Source: Thermovirgaceae bacterium (GTDB lineage: Bacteria > Synergistota > Synergistia > Synergistales > Thermovirgaceae). Taken from it: a DNA stretch of 50,643 bases. Below are positions 35,604-45,313 of this stretch, piece after piece. Where the stretch lies: positions 1 to 50,643 of the forward strand of contig JBKHBH010000006.1 in NCBI GenBank assembly GCA_046542505.1. The letters are read 5' to 3'. The notes under the pieces were generated by a model. That model was not told the origin of the DNA and ran no database searches. It was given only the letters and a program-made list of their open reading frames with translations. How positions within the stretch are numbered: position 1 is the first letter of the stretch; every line of letters starts with the position of its first letter. A program made the translations under genes and the position numbers.

Positions 35604-37759
35604 GACAAGTCCCCGGAAAAACGCAGCATTTCCAGAAAGGCCGCCGCCAGGTCCGGATCAAACTGCCATCCTGAAAAGGACTCGATCTCGGCAACGGCAT
35701 CCCGCGCCGGGACGGGATTGCGATACACCCGGTACCCCGTCATGGCATCGAAAGCGTCGATGACGGCGAAGGCCCGCGCGAGGAAAGGGATTTTTTCCCC
35801 GGACAGGCCGACCGGGTAACCCGTTCCGTCATATCCTTCATGATGGTGAAGGATTTCTTCTGCGATATCCGCCAGAGGCGGCAGGTTCCGCGCTATGTGA
35901 TATCCCAGTTCCGCATGCCGCCTCACCTGGCGCATCTCGACTTCCACCAGGGGCCCCGGCCGTTTAAAAAGCTCCACGGGAAGGCCCACGTTCCCGATGT
36001 CGTGAAACCAGGCAAGACGCTCCAGCCTTCCGGCATCCCGTTCATCAAGGCCCAGGTACAAAGAGAATCGTTCAGCCAGGTCGCACACGCTCCGAATGTG
36101 GAAAAACCTGCCGGGGACTTCATCGAGCCGTTTTTTTACGGCCTCGAAGAGGACGCTTCTGGTTGTCTCCCTGGAAAACAGCTTGTCTTGGTACATGTCC
36201 TCCTCGGCCTGCTTCCGGATGTCGCCCAGGCTCTGGCGGATATCCTCCTTGACTGCCATCCCCACTGACACGCTCAAGGGGATCCCGGGACCGTCCACAT
36301 CTTCCCTGAACGCCCGTCTCAGCCTGTCCCTGACGGTGCGAACGACGTCGACACCGCTTCGGGGCATGATGAGGAGAAACTCGTCGCCGCCCCAACGCCC
36401 GTAGATGTCCGTCGCCCTGCAATGGTCCCACAGCAGCCTTGCCGCACGTTCCAGCAGACGGTTCCCCTCCAGGTGCCCGAAGGCGTCGTTGACGAGCTTG
36501 AGGTTGTCCACGTCGAACATGACGATTCCCAGGGGCAGGAAATCGGGCCGGTCCAGGCGGTCGAGCTCCCCTTCGAGGTAAACCTGGTTGTAGAGGCCGG
36601 TCAGTCCGTCGTGGTGCCCCAGGTAGAGGATCCGTTCCTCTACCATTTTTCGTTCCCTGATATCCTGGTACATGACATAGGCCCGGCGCTCGCCGTCAAC
36701 CTCAAAGGAATGGCCGATGATGGTCACATCGATCCAGGTTCCGTCCTTCCTTCGACGTTTTCTTTCCAGGCCGTCGACAACTCCCTGGAAAGCCAGGCGG
36801 CTGATCTCGCAGGCGTTTTCATAGGCGCCTCCGGGGGCCAGGACCGCATTAACAAGACGGCCGGCGAGTTCTTCGTTTCCGTACCCAAAAAGTTTTTCGA
36901 AACGGCTGTTCACCCTGATAAACCTGTCTTCTTCGTCGACGAGGGCGATAGCCAGCGGGCTGTGCAGGAAAAGATTCTCCCAGTGGACCTTCTCCCGCTC
37001 GAGGTTGCGGAAGGCCTCGTGCTGTTCGGTCATGTCACGGTAGATGGCGTATAAGCCGTCGACGTCTTCCGCCCACTTCACAGCCACTCCCCTGACGGAG
37101 ACGTGCCGCGGGGTGCCCTCCTTCGCCCTGCGAACTGTTTCCGCCTCCATGTATCCCTCGGCGTTGACCCGTTTGAGGTTCGCTTCGATCTCACCGCTGA
37201 TTCCGTCACCGCCGATGAGTTCTCCCAGGTTGACACCCAAAGCCTCCTCACGACTGTATCCGAAAAACCTGCAAAAGGCCGGGTTGACTTCGAGGAGTTT
37301 CCCGGCGGTATCCAGGATGGCCACCGCATCGGGGGAATGGATGAAAAGAGTTTCGAAGGCGGCCCTGTCACGCTCCGCCCGGGCTTTTACTGCTTTTTCC
37401 TCCGTCATGTCCCTGACGGAGGAAACGATCAGATTTCTGCCTCCTGCCGTGGAAAGGGTAGCCCGAATTTCAGCCGGGAATGTGGAACCGTCCTTTCTGG
37501 TCAGCTCGCGTTCGTGAGAAAGGGAAACCCTTTGAAGCTCAGCGGTTTTCCGGGCCCAATATTGATCATCCATTTGCCTGTCGATAGCGGCCAGGTCCAT
37601 ACCGACAAGTTCACTCTTGGCATACCCGGTCATTTCGCAGGCCTTCCTGTTCGCTTCGAGAATGATCCTTGAATCTGGATCAATGATGGCGTAGGCCTCA
37701 TCCGAAACATCCAGGATGGTTTCAAACAATTTGCGTTCTACGGACAGCATGTCGTTCAA
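35600..37759 (-). CDS. PAS-PAS-PAS-GGDEF-HD-GYP protein
   Basis: Three PAS domains; DGLTGLYN, DVDNLKLVNDAFGH, RWGGDEF; HDIGN..HHEGYDGTGYP. Confidence 0.92.
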   Translation of the reverse strand: MNDMLSVERKLFETILDVSDEAYAIIDPDSRIILEANRKACEMTGYAKSELVGMDLAAIDRQMDDQYWARKTAELQRVSLSHERELTRKDGSTFPAEIRATLSTAGGRNLIVSSVRDMTEEKAVKARAERDRAAFETLFIHSPDAVAILDTAGKLLEVNPAFCRFFGYSREEALGVNLGELIGGDGISGEIEANLKRVNAEGYMEAETVRRAKEGTPRHVSVRGVAVKWAEDVDGLYAIYRDMTEQHEAFRNLEREKVHWENLFLHSPLAIALVDEEDRFIRVNSRFEKLFGYGNEELAGRLVNAVLAPGGAYENACEISRLAFQGVVDGLERKRRRKDGTWIDVTIIGHSFEVDGERRAYVMYQDIRERKMVEERILYLGHHDGLTGLYNQVYLEGELDRLDRPDFLPLGIVMFDVDNLKLVNDAFGHLEGNRLLERAARLLWDHCRATDIYGRWGGDEFLLIMPRSGVDVVRTVRDRLRRAFREDVDGPGIPLSVSVGMAVKEDIRQSLGDIRKQAEEDMYQDKLFSRETTRSVLFEAVKKRLDEVPGRFFHIRSVCDLAERFSLYLGLDERDAGRLERLAWFHDIGNVGLPVELFKRPGPLVEVEMRQVRRHAELGYHIARNLPPLADIAEEILHHHEGYDGTGYPVGLSGEKIPFLARAFAVIDAFDAMTGYRVYRNPVPARDAVAEIESFSGWQFDPDLAAAFLEMLRFSGDLS

Positions 37760-38268
37760 GAGGATGTACCTCCGCAGTCTGAAGGGAACCCGTCGCCGGG
37801 AAAGCGCTTTTCAAGGGCCGCCAGAAGCGGCAATCCCAGGGCGTAGCAGGCGACGGCCTGCCCGACTCCTACATACATGGCCGCAAAGGGAAAAGATACT
37901 TCCGTCAGGTACGCAAGATAGCCTCCCACCACGAGGGCGTTCACGACTACCGGCGGCAACGCCGCAAGGAACCTGTTCGGCATGAGACGGGTCAACACGG
38001 CGGCAACGAGGGTCGCAGCACTGCCGAATATGACATCGATAAGGCCGAAGCCGCCGAACAGGTTGGCGATCAGGCACCCGAGAAAAAGGCCCGGTATCGC
38101 CTCCACCCAGGGCCACGGAAGCAGCGTCAGCGCCTCGGCGATGCGGACCTGGACGGGGCCGTAGGACAGGGGCGCAAAAAAGACAACCAAAAGTGCGTAG
38201 GCGGCTGCGATGAGAGCAGCCCGAACCATGGCGCCCAGTGAAAAAAAACGCTGAAAGGGAAGACCCAC
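37756..38268 (-). CDS. queT: QueT-family (queuosine precursor) transporter S component
   Basis: ALIAAAY..PLSYGPVQVRIAEALTLLP..GLFLGCLIAN..DVIFGSAATL. Confidence 0.88.
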   Translation of the reverse strand: MGLPFQRFFSLGAMVRAALIAAAYALLVVFFAPLSYGPVQVRIAEALTLLPWPWVEAIPGLFLGCLIANLFGGFGLIDVIFGSAATLVAAVLTRLMPNRFLAALPPVVVNALVVGGYLAYLTEVSFPFAAMYVGVGQAVACYALGLPLLAALEKRFPGDGFPSDCGGTSS

Positions 38269-38407
38269 CGACAGATCATCCTCCTTGATTGAAAAAATTC
38301 ACCAGAAAAGAGAAGAACCTGCACAATTTTACCAAAAAAAGGCAATGATTCCTGAAGAAATACAAAACAAACCAAATTATCTGAAATCCCCGGCGGGGTA
38401 AAAATAT

Positions 38408-38436
38408 TTGCCACAATGCCCGATCGCAGGGATAAT
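38408..38436 (+). promoter_or_regulatory. Sigma70-type promoter for aor-moaD
   Basis: TTGCCA-N17-GATAAT, implying a ~165-nt leader. Confidence 0.5.
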
Positions 38437-38509
38437 ATACGGGAGAAGCAGACCCTGACATTATGCGGGTAAATTAAAGGTCTCGCGATTCTGTGCCCGG
38501 GGAGGTGAC

Positions 38510-38542
38510 ATGAAAAGAAAAACCGCAACGAAAACAGCCTGA
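38510..38542 (+). other. Candidate 10-aa leader ORF (MKRKTATKTA) in the aor leader
   Basis: GGAGGTGA Shine-Dalgarno directly before ATG 38510; the stop codon overlaps a hairpin. Confidence 0.25.
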
Positions 38543-38608
38543 GCGAGAACGGTAGAACTGTTTTGCAACAGGGCTAAAGGGAAGCGAAAAAAGATGGAGG
38601 GATACCGT

Positions 38609-40420
38609 ATGAATTACGGAAAGATTCTCCGTGTCGACCTGTCTACTGGAAAAACAAAAACCGAAGAGGTCGACGAAAAGCTTGCGCGCCAGTACATAGG
38701 AGGTCGAGGCTACGCCTCACGTCTCCTCTATGAAGAGCTCCCCGCAAAGACGGACCCTCTCGGTCCGGAAAACATCCTCATTTTCGTCACAGGACCCCTG
38801 ACGGGAACCAGCGCACCTACGGGGGGACGGTACATGGTGGTCACCAGAGGCCCCTTGAACGGGTATATCGCGTCCAGCAACAGCGGGGGCGTCTGGGGAG
38901 CCGAACTCGCCAGGGCCGGGTATTTCATGGTCATTTTCACCGGGCAGGCAGAAAAACCGAGTTACCTGTGGATCAAGGACGACAAAGTGGAACTTCGGGA
39001 CGCAGCCGGGATCTGGGGCCTCGACACCCATGCGGCCACGGACGCCTTGCTTGACGACGTGGGCGACTCTTCTGCAAAGGTGTCCTGCATAGGCCCAGCC
39101 GGAGAAAAGATGTCGAAAATTGCCTGCATCATCAACGACAAGCACCGGGCCCCCGGACGTACCGGTGTCGGCGCCGTCATGGGATCCAAAAACCTCAAGG
39201 CCGTGGTCGTAAAAGGTAGCGGCAAGGTTTCCATCACAGACGAGGAAGCCTTCAAGACCGGCAGGGAAACTGCGTTGAAAAAAATAAAGGAAAACCCCGT
39301 TACCGGGGAAGGACTTCCCGCCTACGGAACTGCCGTGCTGGTGAACATCGTCAATGGCGTTGGAAGTTATCCACACAAAAACTGGCAATTCGCCCAGATG
39401 AAAAACGCCGAGGCTCAGTCGGGTGAAACCCTCGCCAATACCTACCTCACCTCGAAACGGGGATGCTTCGCCTGCCCGATCCAGTGCGGCAGAGTGACGA
39501 GCCTGGGCGAGAAATCCGGTGAAGGGCCGGAATACGAGAGCATCTGGGCCCTCGGCTCCAGCACCGGCGTGGAGGATCTCAAACCCATAACGGAGGCGAA
39601 CTATCTCTGCAACGAGCTGGGGCTTGACACCATCAGTGCCGGGTCCACCGTGGCGGCGGCTATGGAGCTTTACGAAAAAGGGTTTATTAAAAAGGAAGAA
39701 CTCGAGGGGGGCCCGGAACTGGAATTCGGGTCCGGTGAGGCCCTTGTCTATTGGGTCGAAAAGATGGGCAAGGCCGAAGGTTTCGGCAAAAAGCTCGCGG
39801 AAGGAAGCTATCGCCTTGGTGAAGCCTACGGACACCCCGAGTTTTCCATGAGCGTCAAAAAACAGGAGATGCCCGCCTATGATGCGCGCGGTATCCAGGG
39901 AATCGGCCTGAACTACGCCACAAGCAACAGGGGCGGCTGCCACGTGAGAGGGTACACCATATCCCCCGAAATCGTGGGCCTTCCTGAAAAAATCGACCCC
40001 TGGGAAATCGAAGGGAAGCCGCAATGGGTAAAGACCTTCCAGGATCTGTCGGCCTCCATCGACGCTTCGGGGATGTGCCTTTTCACGTCCTTCGCCCTCG
40101 GTCCCGAGGACTACGTGAATCTTCTCAATGCACGGACCGGTTTCGATTATTCCGTGGAGGAGATTTTGGCCTGCGGGGAACGGATCTGGAACCTGGAGCG
40201 GCTTTTCAACCTTCGCGAGGGGCTTGACCCCCAGTCGGAGGACACCCTGCCGAAGCGCCTCCTCGAGGAACCCATTCCCGAGGGCCCGGCAAAGGGCAAG
40301 GTGAGCCGTCTGAAGGAAATGCTCCCCGAGTACTACGAGCTCCGCGGCTGGGACGCCAAAGGGCTCCCGACGGGGCAGAAGCTCGAGGAACTCGGTCTCA
40401 AGGGGTTGGGGCAGGACTGA
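38609..40420 (+). CDS. aor: Tungsten-dependent aldehyde:ferredoxin oxidoreductase
   Basis: GKILRVDLS, IGGRG, SSNSGG, IGPAGE, GRTGVGAVMGSKNLKA, CFACPIQC, EGPEYES, GLDTIS, NRGGCH; start at ATG 38609 after GGAGG. Confidence 0.95.
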   Translation: MNYGKILRVDLSTGKTKTEEVDEKLARQYIGGRGYASRLLYEELPAKTDPLGPENILIFVTGPLTGTSAPTGGRYMVVTRGPLNGYIASSNSGGVWGAELARAGYFMVIFTGQAEKPSYLWIKDDKVELRDAAGIWGLDTHAATDALLDDVGDSSAKVSCIGPAGEKMSKIACIINDKHRAPGRTGVGAVMGSKNLKAVVVKGSGKVSITDEEAFKTGRETALKKIKENPVTGEGLPAYGTAVLVNIVNGVGSYPHKNWQFAQMKNAEAQSGETLANTYLTSKRGCFACPIQCGRVTSLGEKSGEGPEYESIWALGSSTGVEDLKPITEANYLCNELGLDTISAGSTVAAAMELYEKGFIKKEELEGGPELEFGSGEALVYWVEKMGKAEGFGKKLAEGSYRLGEAYGHPEFSMSVKKQEMPAYDARGIQGIGLNYATSNRGGCHVRGYTISPEIVGLPEKIDPWEIEGKPQWVKTFQDLSASIDASGMCLFTSFALGPEDYVNLLNARTGFDYSVEEILACGERIWNLERLFNLREGLDPQSEDTLPKRLLEEPIPEGPAKGKVSRLKEMLPEYYELRGWDAKGLPTGQKLEELGLKGLGQD

Positions 40421-40689
40421 TGGTCACCATTCGTTACTTCGGCCCCTTTCGCGATGTGACGAAGACCATGGAAGAGGAGGTCCCGGGCGGTCAATCCGTC
40501 CGGTACCTCCTTTCAGTCCTTGAGTCCCGCTACGGAAAAACTTTCAGTCCCTCTGAAAAGCCTCTTCCGGTCGCAGGCCGCCTGATCCTGCTGGTCAACG
40601 GAAGACATGTCCAGCATCTTGACGGCCTCGACACACACCTTGACGACGGGGACGTGCTGTCCGTGTTCCCGCTGCTCGGCGGGGGCTAG
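40420..40689 (+). CDS. moaD: MoaD/ThiS-family sulfur carrier
   Basis: Beta-grasp pattern LLVNGR..GDVLSVFPLLGGG with C-terminal GG; coupled to aor. Confidence 0.9.
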   Translation: MVTIRYFGPFRDVTKTMEEEVPGGQSVRYLLSVLESRYGKTFSPSEKPLPVAGRLILLVNGRHVQHLDGLDTHLDDGDVLSVFPLLGGG

Positions 40690-42326
40690 AAAGCCCCGCC
40701 TTTTGCGAAAGCCTCAATCGCGGTCCAAAGAAGCTCCGGAAGCACATCCAGCGTGTAGGGAAGGTGCAGGCGTTCCGTCGGCTTGTGCGGGTCCTTCCCG
40801 GAGACGCCGACGTTGAGCACTGGAATGTCGAGTGCCATGAGTTCCTTCACGGAAATGCGGTAGACGCTTCCCCAGCCCGGCATGTTGGCTGCAACGCAGA
40901 AGGGGTCAAAGGCGCTGCCTCGATATCCCAGGTAGCTAAGGTCACAGATACCGCCGAAAAAGCCCCGGATCCCCATCTCTATCCCGTGCTTCGCTTTCGC
41001 CTTGGCTGTCACCTTGCCGGCCACCTGGAGCGCGAGCCTGTCCGACGACCTGCTTTCGGAATTTTCCCTGTGAGGATACCAGGGCGGCAAAAACCCTACG
41101 ATAATAGCTGGTCCCTTTTCACTTCCCAGATTAGACAGTTCGCCCAAAAGGGCCAATGATTTTTCCCTGTCATCAAGCCTGTCATCGAGGTCGGACACTT
41201 TTTCGCGGATATATTTCTTGAGGTCCGGCACGTCCCGGGCCAGTTTTGAAACAAACTCTTCGAAAGTCAAGACTTTCGGGGGACAAGGCCTGTAATCTGC
41301 GGCCCCCAGGCCCCGGGCGGATCGTCCAAGGTGGTCAAGGGCGTTTTCAAACGCCTTTTCGGCCAGGCCCTTCAGGTCCTTCAGGATGTCTGCAGGCGCA
41401 CGCCTGAGGGTCATCAGGTTGTAAAAGGCCACCGCCCTGTCGGGCAAGGTAACGGAATAGTTTTTCCGGATATCCCTCAAATAGAGGCATGCCGGAGGGG
41501 GCGTTTTTTCCTCGCCGACGGATTCGGTAAAATCAGGATTGGCCTCCATGAGGGTGTTGCAGCAGGATGCCAGCAGCGTGGCGCTCAGGCCCCGGAAATA
41601 CTGCCCCACATGGGTTCCTGCGCCGAGGCAGTAGAAAAAAGGCATCAGCTTGCCCACCGTTCCTGTAAAGACCGTTTCCCCGGCCTCCTCCGGGGCCCCC
41701 GCGCTTGAAGGCTCCGTGAGTATCGCGCCTGCGTAGGTGAGGCCTTCCTTCTCCCCGAGTTCCGAAAAGAGACCGACGGCGCCGCGCATCCCGAGAGAGC
41801 TGTCCTCCTCGTCGGGAACGGCCAAAAAAAGGAGGTTCGCGTCGAGTGCGCCCGGGTTTTTCGAAGCTTCGGCCAGCAGGGCCATCTCGACCGCCAGTCC
41901 TGCCTTCATGTCCATGATGCCCCTGCCGAAAAGGTATTCCCCGGAAGCAAGGTCATCCAGGACTTCGCCCCCGAGTCCGGCATCGGCAAGGGCCCTGGTG
42001 TATTCGAGGGGCGAAAAGGCCAGATGGCGCAAGGCACCGAAATCCTCTGTTCCAACCACATCGTAGTGCCCCGTCAGGATGACCGTTTCGGCCCGTGGCG
42101 GCTCCGCTTTCAGCAGACACCCCACGATGCTGCGTCCCAATGGATCCTTGGGCAAAGGCCTGTCGATCACGCTTTCGGGGTGAGCCTTCACCCAGGGGAT
42201 GGTTTCAAGCTTCTTCCGTATGAACCTGCCTGTTTCCGCTTCCTCGGGCGTTCGCGTCACTCCGGGAATTTTGACAAGATCGAGAATCAGTTGCAGAATG
42301 CTTTCCCTGGATGCCGTAATCATCAA
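40686..42326 (-). CDS. rocB: RocB-like M20 metallo-hydrolase
   Basis: ILTGHYDVV, FGRGIMDMKAG, VPDEEDSSLGM, TGTVGKLMP, GICDLSY, GKDPHKPTERL. Confidence 0.8.
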   Translation of the reverse strand: MMITASRESILQLILDLVKIPGVTRTPEEAETGRFIRKKLETIPWVKAHPESVIDRPLPKDPLGRSIVGCLLKAEPPRAETVILTGHYDVVGTEDFGALRHLAFSPLEYTRALADAGLGGEVLDDLASGEYLFGRGIMDMKAGLAVEMALLAEASKNPGALDANLLFLAVPDEEDSSLGMRGAVGLFSELGEKEGLTYAGAILTEPSSAGAPEEAGETVFTGTVGKLMPFFYCLGAGTHVGQYFRGLSATLLASCCNTLMEANPDFTESVGEEKTPPPACLYLRDIRKNYSVTLPDRAVAFYNLMTLRRAPADILKDLKGLAEKAFENALDHLGRSARGLGAADYRPCPPKVLTFEEFVSKLARDVPDLKKYIREKVSDLDDRLDDREKSLALLGELSNLGSEKGPAIIVGFLPPWYPHRENSESRSSDRLALQVAGKVTAKAKAKHGIEMGIRGFFGGICDLSYLGYRGSAFDPFCVAANMPGWGSVYRISVKELMALDIPVLNVGVSGKDPHKPTERLHLPYTLDVLPELLWTAIEAFAKGGAF

Positions 42327-42428
42327 GGCTCACCTCAAAATGCCCGAATTTTGTCGGGACGGACTGGAATGCATGCAGTAGAATACAAGTATATCACCGG
42401 GAAAGGCGCCCGACCGGGGGACAAGACC

Positions 42429-43619
42429 ATGCGCAGAATACGGGAAATTTTCATGAACCACTCCAAGCTTGCCGTTCTGACATTGACCCATTTCATCAAC
42501 GATATTCACGGTTCCTTTCTTCCCACCTTCATCCCGCTCATTGTCGAACGTCTGGGCATTACCTACGCCCAGGCCGGGCTTCTCCGGTCCCTGTCCGGAG
42601 TCATTCACATGATCGTCCAACCCATGGCGGGCTACATTTCCGACCTTTTCACCCGCCCCTACGCCCTGATGGCCGGCCCCGTCATGACCGCCCTGGGGGC
42701 ATCACTGCTCCCGGCGTCGCCCACGTACGGACTCGCCTTTCTCTTCGTGGGACTCTGGGGGTTCGGAAGCGCCGTCTACCACCCTTCAGGACACGGGGGC
42801 GTGGGGTACGTGGAGGATCCGTCACAGCTCGCCTTTTTCCTGGCCATTTTCGCCGTGGGCGGAATCTTCGGCGCCACGGTCAGCCCACTTTATGCCATCG
42901 CCCTGTACAGGGTTTTCGGGAACACTTTTATGCCCCTGGCGGCCCTCGTTCCGGTGGCTTTGACGGGCTACCTGACCTGGCGCGTCATTCCAAAGCTGAA
43001 GGACAGGGCTCATGACGCCAGGCCCTCCCCCCTGGATTTCATCAAGACCATGGGAAGCACCTTCCGGATCATCTACCCCATCTGGATCGTCGCGGTCTGC
43101 CGCGACACAGCCGTCAGCGGCGTCCGCTTTTTCCTGCCCCTGCTCATCGCCTCCAGGGGAGGGACCATCGTCAATGTGGGAACCATTCTCTTTACCATCA
43201 ACATCACCGGAGCCGTCTCCCCGGTTTTTGGCGGCCGGATCGCCGACTCCATCGGGCGCAAGAAAGTCATCGCCTTCGGCATGATCGCCGCCCCTTTCTT
43301 TCTCGTTCCCGCCGCCCTGACACGGGGAATCATCTCCATCGCCCTCTACATGACCGGAAACGCTCTGTTACAGGCCCTGCTTCCTGTTACAGGCGCCGCG
43401 GCACAAGAGATGGCACCACGGTCGAGAAGCATTGTGGCTTCGCTTGTGACCGGTTTCGCCTTTGGCCTCGCCGGACTGCTGCTCGCACCGATCGGCCTTT
43501 TAGCCGACATCTTCGGCCTGGTGGCGACCCTGATCTTTATTGCATTCATCCCCCTTCTGCCCATGCCTCTGTATTTCTGGAAATGGCGTTCCATGGAGGA
43601 CCATCGCCACAGCGGATAA
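42429..43619 (+). CDS. MFS transporter (Fsr-like)
   Basis: HFINDIHGSFLP, QPMAGYISD, GSAVYHP, GRIADSIGRK; start is 42429 or 42453. Confidence 0.88.
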   Translation: MRRIREIFMNHSKLAVLTLTHFINDIHGSFLPTFIPLIVERLGITYAQAGLLRSLSGVIHMIVQPMAGYISDLFTRPYALMAGPVMTALGASLLPASPTYGLAFLFVGLWGFGSAVYHPSGHGGVGYVEDPSQLAFFLAIFAVGGIFGATVSPLYAIALYRVFGNTFMPLAALVPVALTGYLTWRVIPKLKDRAHDARPSPLDFIKTMGSTFRIIYPIWIVAVCRDTAVSGVRFFLPLLIASRGGTIVNVGTILFTINITGAVSPVFGGRIADSIGRKKVIAFGMIAAPFFLVPAALTRGIISIALYMTGNALLQALLPVTGAAAQEMAPRSRSIVASLVTGFAFGLAGLLLAPIGLLADIFGLVATLIFIAFIPLLPMPLYFWKWRSMEDHRHSG

Positions 43620-43751
43620 AACGCCCTGCCTCCCTCCGTCGAAAGGACCGGCATCTTCCGTATTTTCCCGGCAGGGCAATTTGCCTTGAAAGGCATCACG
43701 TTATCAGGATAGTATGTTATAATTCCTCAACGGGAAGGGGCGTGATGACCG

Positions 43752-44069
43752 GTGCTCAAACTTGAAGTCGAACACTACATGCAGCTCCGGAAGAAGATCG
43801 AGGAACGGGCAAAAACACTGTGCGAACTCTACGTGAAAGTCTATTTCGACTGCGACGATGCCTCGGTGTTCGTGACAAACATCGAGGTGGGCAAAAGCGG
43901 CCGTTTCCGCATCATGTTCACCGAGTCGGACATGGAGGAGATCCTATATCTCCCGCCTGAATATTTCTGGCTGACCGATGACGAGGTTTCCGTCAGGATG
44001 TCCATGGACAAGAAAATAAAAAACGACGCCTTGAAACAAAAGCGGGACACCCATTCCACGAACAGGTGA
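43752..44069 (+). CDS. Hypothetical protein (105 aa)
   Basis: Natural-looking ORF with an upstream extended -10 (TGTTATAAT, 43715-43723); no family recognised. Confidence 0.65.
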   Translation: MLKLEVEHYMQLRKKIEERAKTLCELYVKVYFDCDDASVFVTNIEVGKSGRFRIMFTESDMEEILYLPPEYFWLTDDEVSVRMSMDKKIKNDALKQKRDTHSTNR

Positions 44070-44098
44070 CGAGGCACCAAAAGGCGATGACGGGAAAA

Positions 44099-45313
44099 TC
44101 AGGAGGGATCTTCTTCGGGGGATTCCTCCTTTTTCGTTTCGTGTTTTCCCCCGACCATTGTCTTTCCGAAAATGGCGGCTGCAGCCCCGGCGAGGGAGCT
44201 GCCCCAGTAAATAAGGGTAACCGCCGCGCTTCCGAGAACCCCTCCGACCAAAGGACCCGTCGCCCAGGCCGTGTCCTCGGCGGTCATGATGCCCGTGATC
44301 ACCGCCGTCCGGTCCTGGGGATAGGCCTCAACAGCCAATGCTATCACCGTGGATTGAAGGGGGGCGAATCCGATCCCCAGGAGGAACGCAAAGGAAGCCG
44401 TCATCGCCCAGGTCCAGGAGAGGGCCAGCCCGGCTGTTGACAGGGCCGTAACTGTAAACCCCGCGACAAGGACCTTGTGAGGGTTTCTGGCATCGACAAG
44501 TGCCGACAAAGGGCCCCTGAGAAGGAGTGTCCCTATTGCGAAGGGAACGAAAAAGGCGGAAACGGGCACGCCTCTTTCGCCGAGAAGCAGGGCTATGAAA
44601 TTATTGGTCATGCAGATGATGAAAGCCTGGGAGAAGGTCAGGAGGGCGAGCTTTCTGAAAGGCCGTTCCTTCAGAAGAAAGCTTATGGTCACCCGTTCGC
44701 CAGGTTTTGCGCTCCTGGGGGTGAGCAATGCCGAGAGAAGGCAGGCCGCTGCGGCAAGGACAAGGAGCATTCCGTAATAGGCCCACAGCCTTCCGGACAT
44801 TATGGCCCACTCGGCGTAACTGATCATGAATAGCTGTGGCAGCATCGCCGTTGTCCCCAGCCAGAGCATCCCCCTCCGGGTCATGCTCGGCGGCAGCACC
44901 ACGTGAAGGTAAACCAGGTTGGCCACCAGAAAGATCGACAGGGAAACGCCCTGCATGGCCTTGGCAAGAAGCAGAAGCAGCAGGGAGTCTCCCGCGGCGA
45001 AGAGCATGAGTACCGTCACGACCAAAAGAGTCGAAGACAAAACCAGGGCGTTTTTCCCCATGAACCGATCGATGAGCCATTTGACCGCAGGTCGGACGGC
45101 CACGAGGGTTCCGTCCATGGCGAAGGCAAGGAAGGCAACAACCATGGTCGAGTAGCCCCACCGCACTACCTGCAGAGGGAAGGCGAAAAAGGAAAGAACT
45201 GCGGAATAATGACAAAAAGCCAGGCCCCAAAGCAGCAGGTAATCCCGTGCTCCTTTGCCTTCTATCATCTTTGGACCGGATGACGCCTTTTCCCCGGATT
45301 GAAAAAGCTTCAC
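44099..45313 (-). CDS. MFS transporter
   Basis: About 12 TM helices; RPAVKWLIDRFMGK (variant motif A); GTGA overlap with the cyclase gene. Confidence 0.82.
   Translation of the reverse strand: MKLFQSGEKASSGPKMIEGKGARDYLLLWGLAFCHYSAVLSFFAFPLQVVRWGYSTMVVAFLAFAMDGTLVAVRPAVKWLIDRFMGKNALVLSSTLLVVTVLMLFAAGDSLLLLLLAKAMQGVSLSIFLVANLVYLHVVLPPSMTRRGMLWLGTTAMLPQLFMISYAEWAIMSGRLWAYYGMLLVLAAAACLLSALLTPRSAKPGERVTISFLLKERPFRKLALLTFSQAFIICMTNNFIALLLGERGVPVSAFFVPFAIGTLLLRGPLSALVDARNPHKVLVAGFTVTALSTAGLALSWTWAMTASFAFLLGIGFAPLQSTVIALAVEAYPQDRTAVITGIMTAEDTAWATGPLVGGVLGSAAVTLIYWGSSLAGAAAAIFGKTMVGGKHETKKEESPEEDPS

Noticed and set aside
38269..38400. preQ1 riboswitch upstream of queT
   Set aside because: No GGUUC(U/G)..CC stem followed by an A-rich tail on the minus strand.
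38551..38568. Sigma54 -24/-12 site upstream of aor
   Set aside because: GG and GC are 12 nt apart instead of the required 10.
38717..40024. 435-aa minus-strand ORF
   Set aside because: Antisense to aor.
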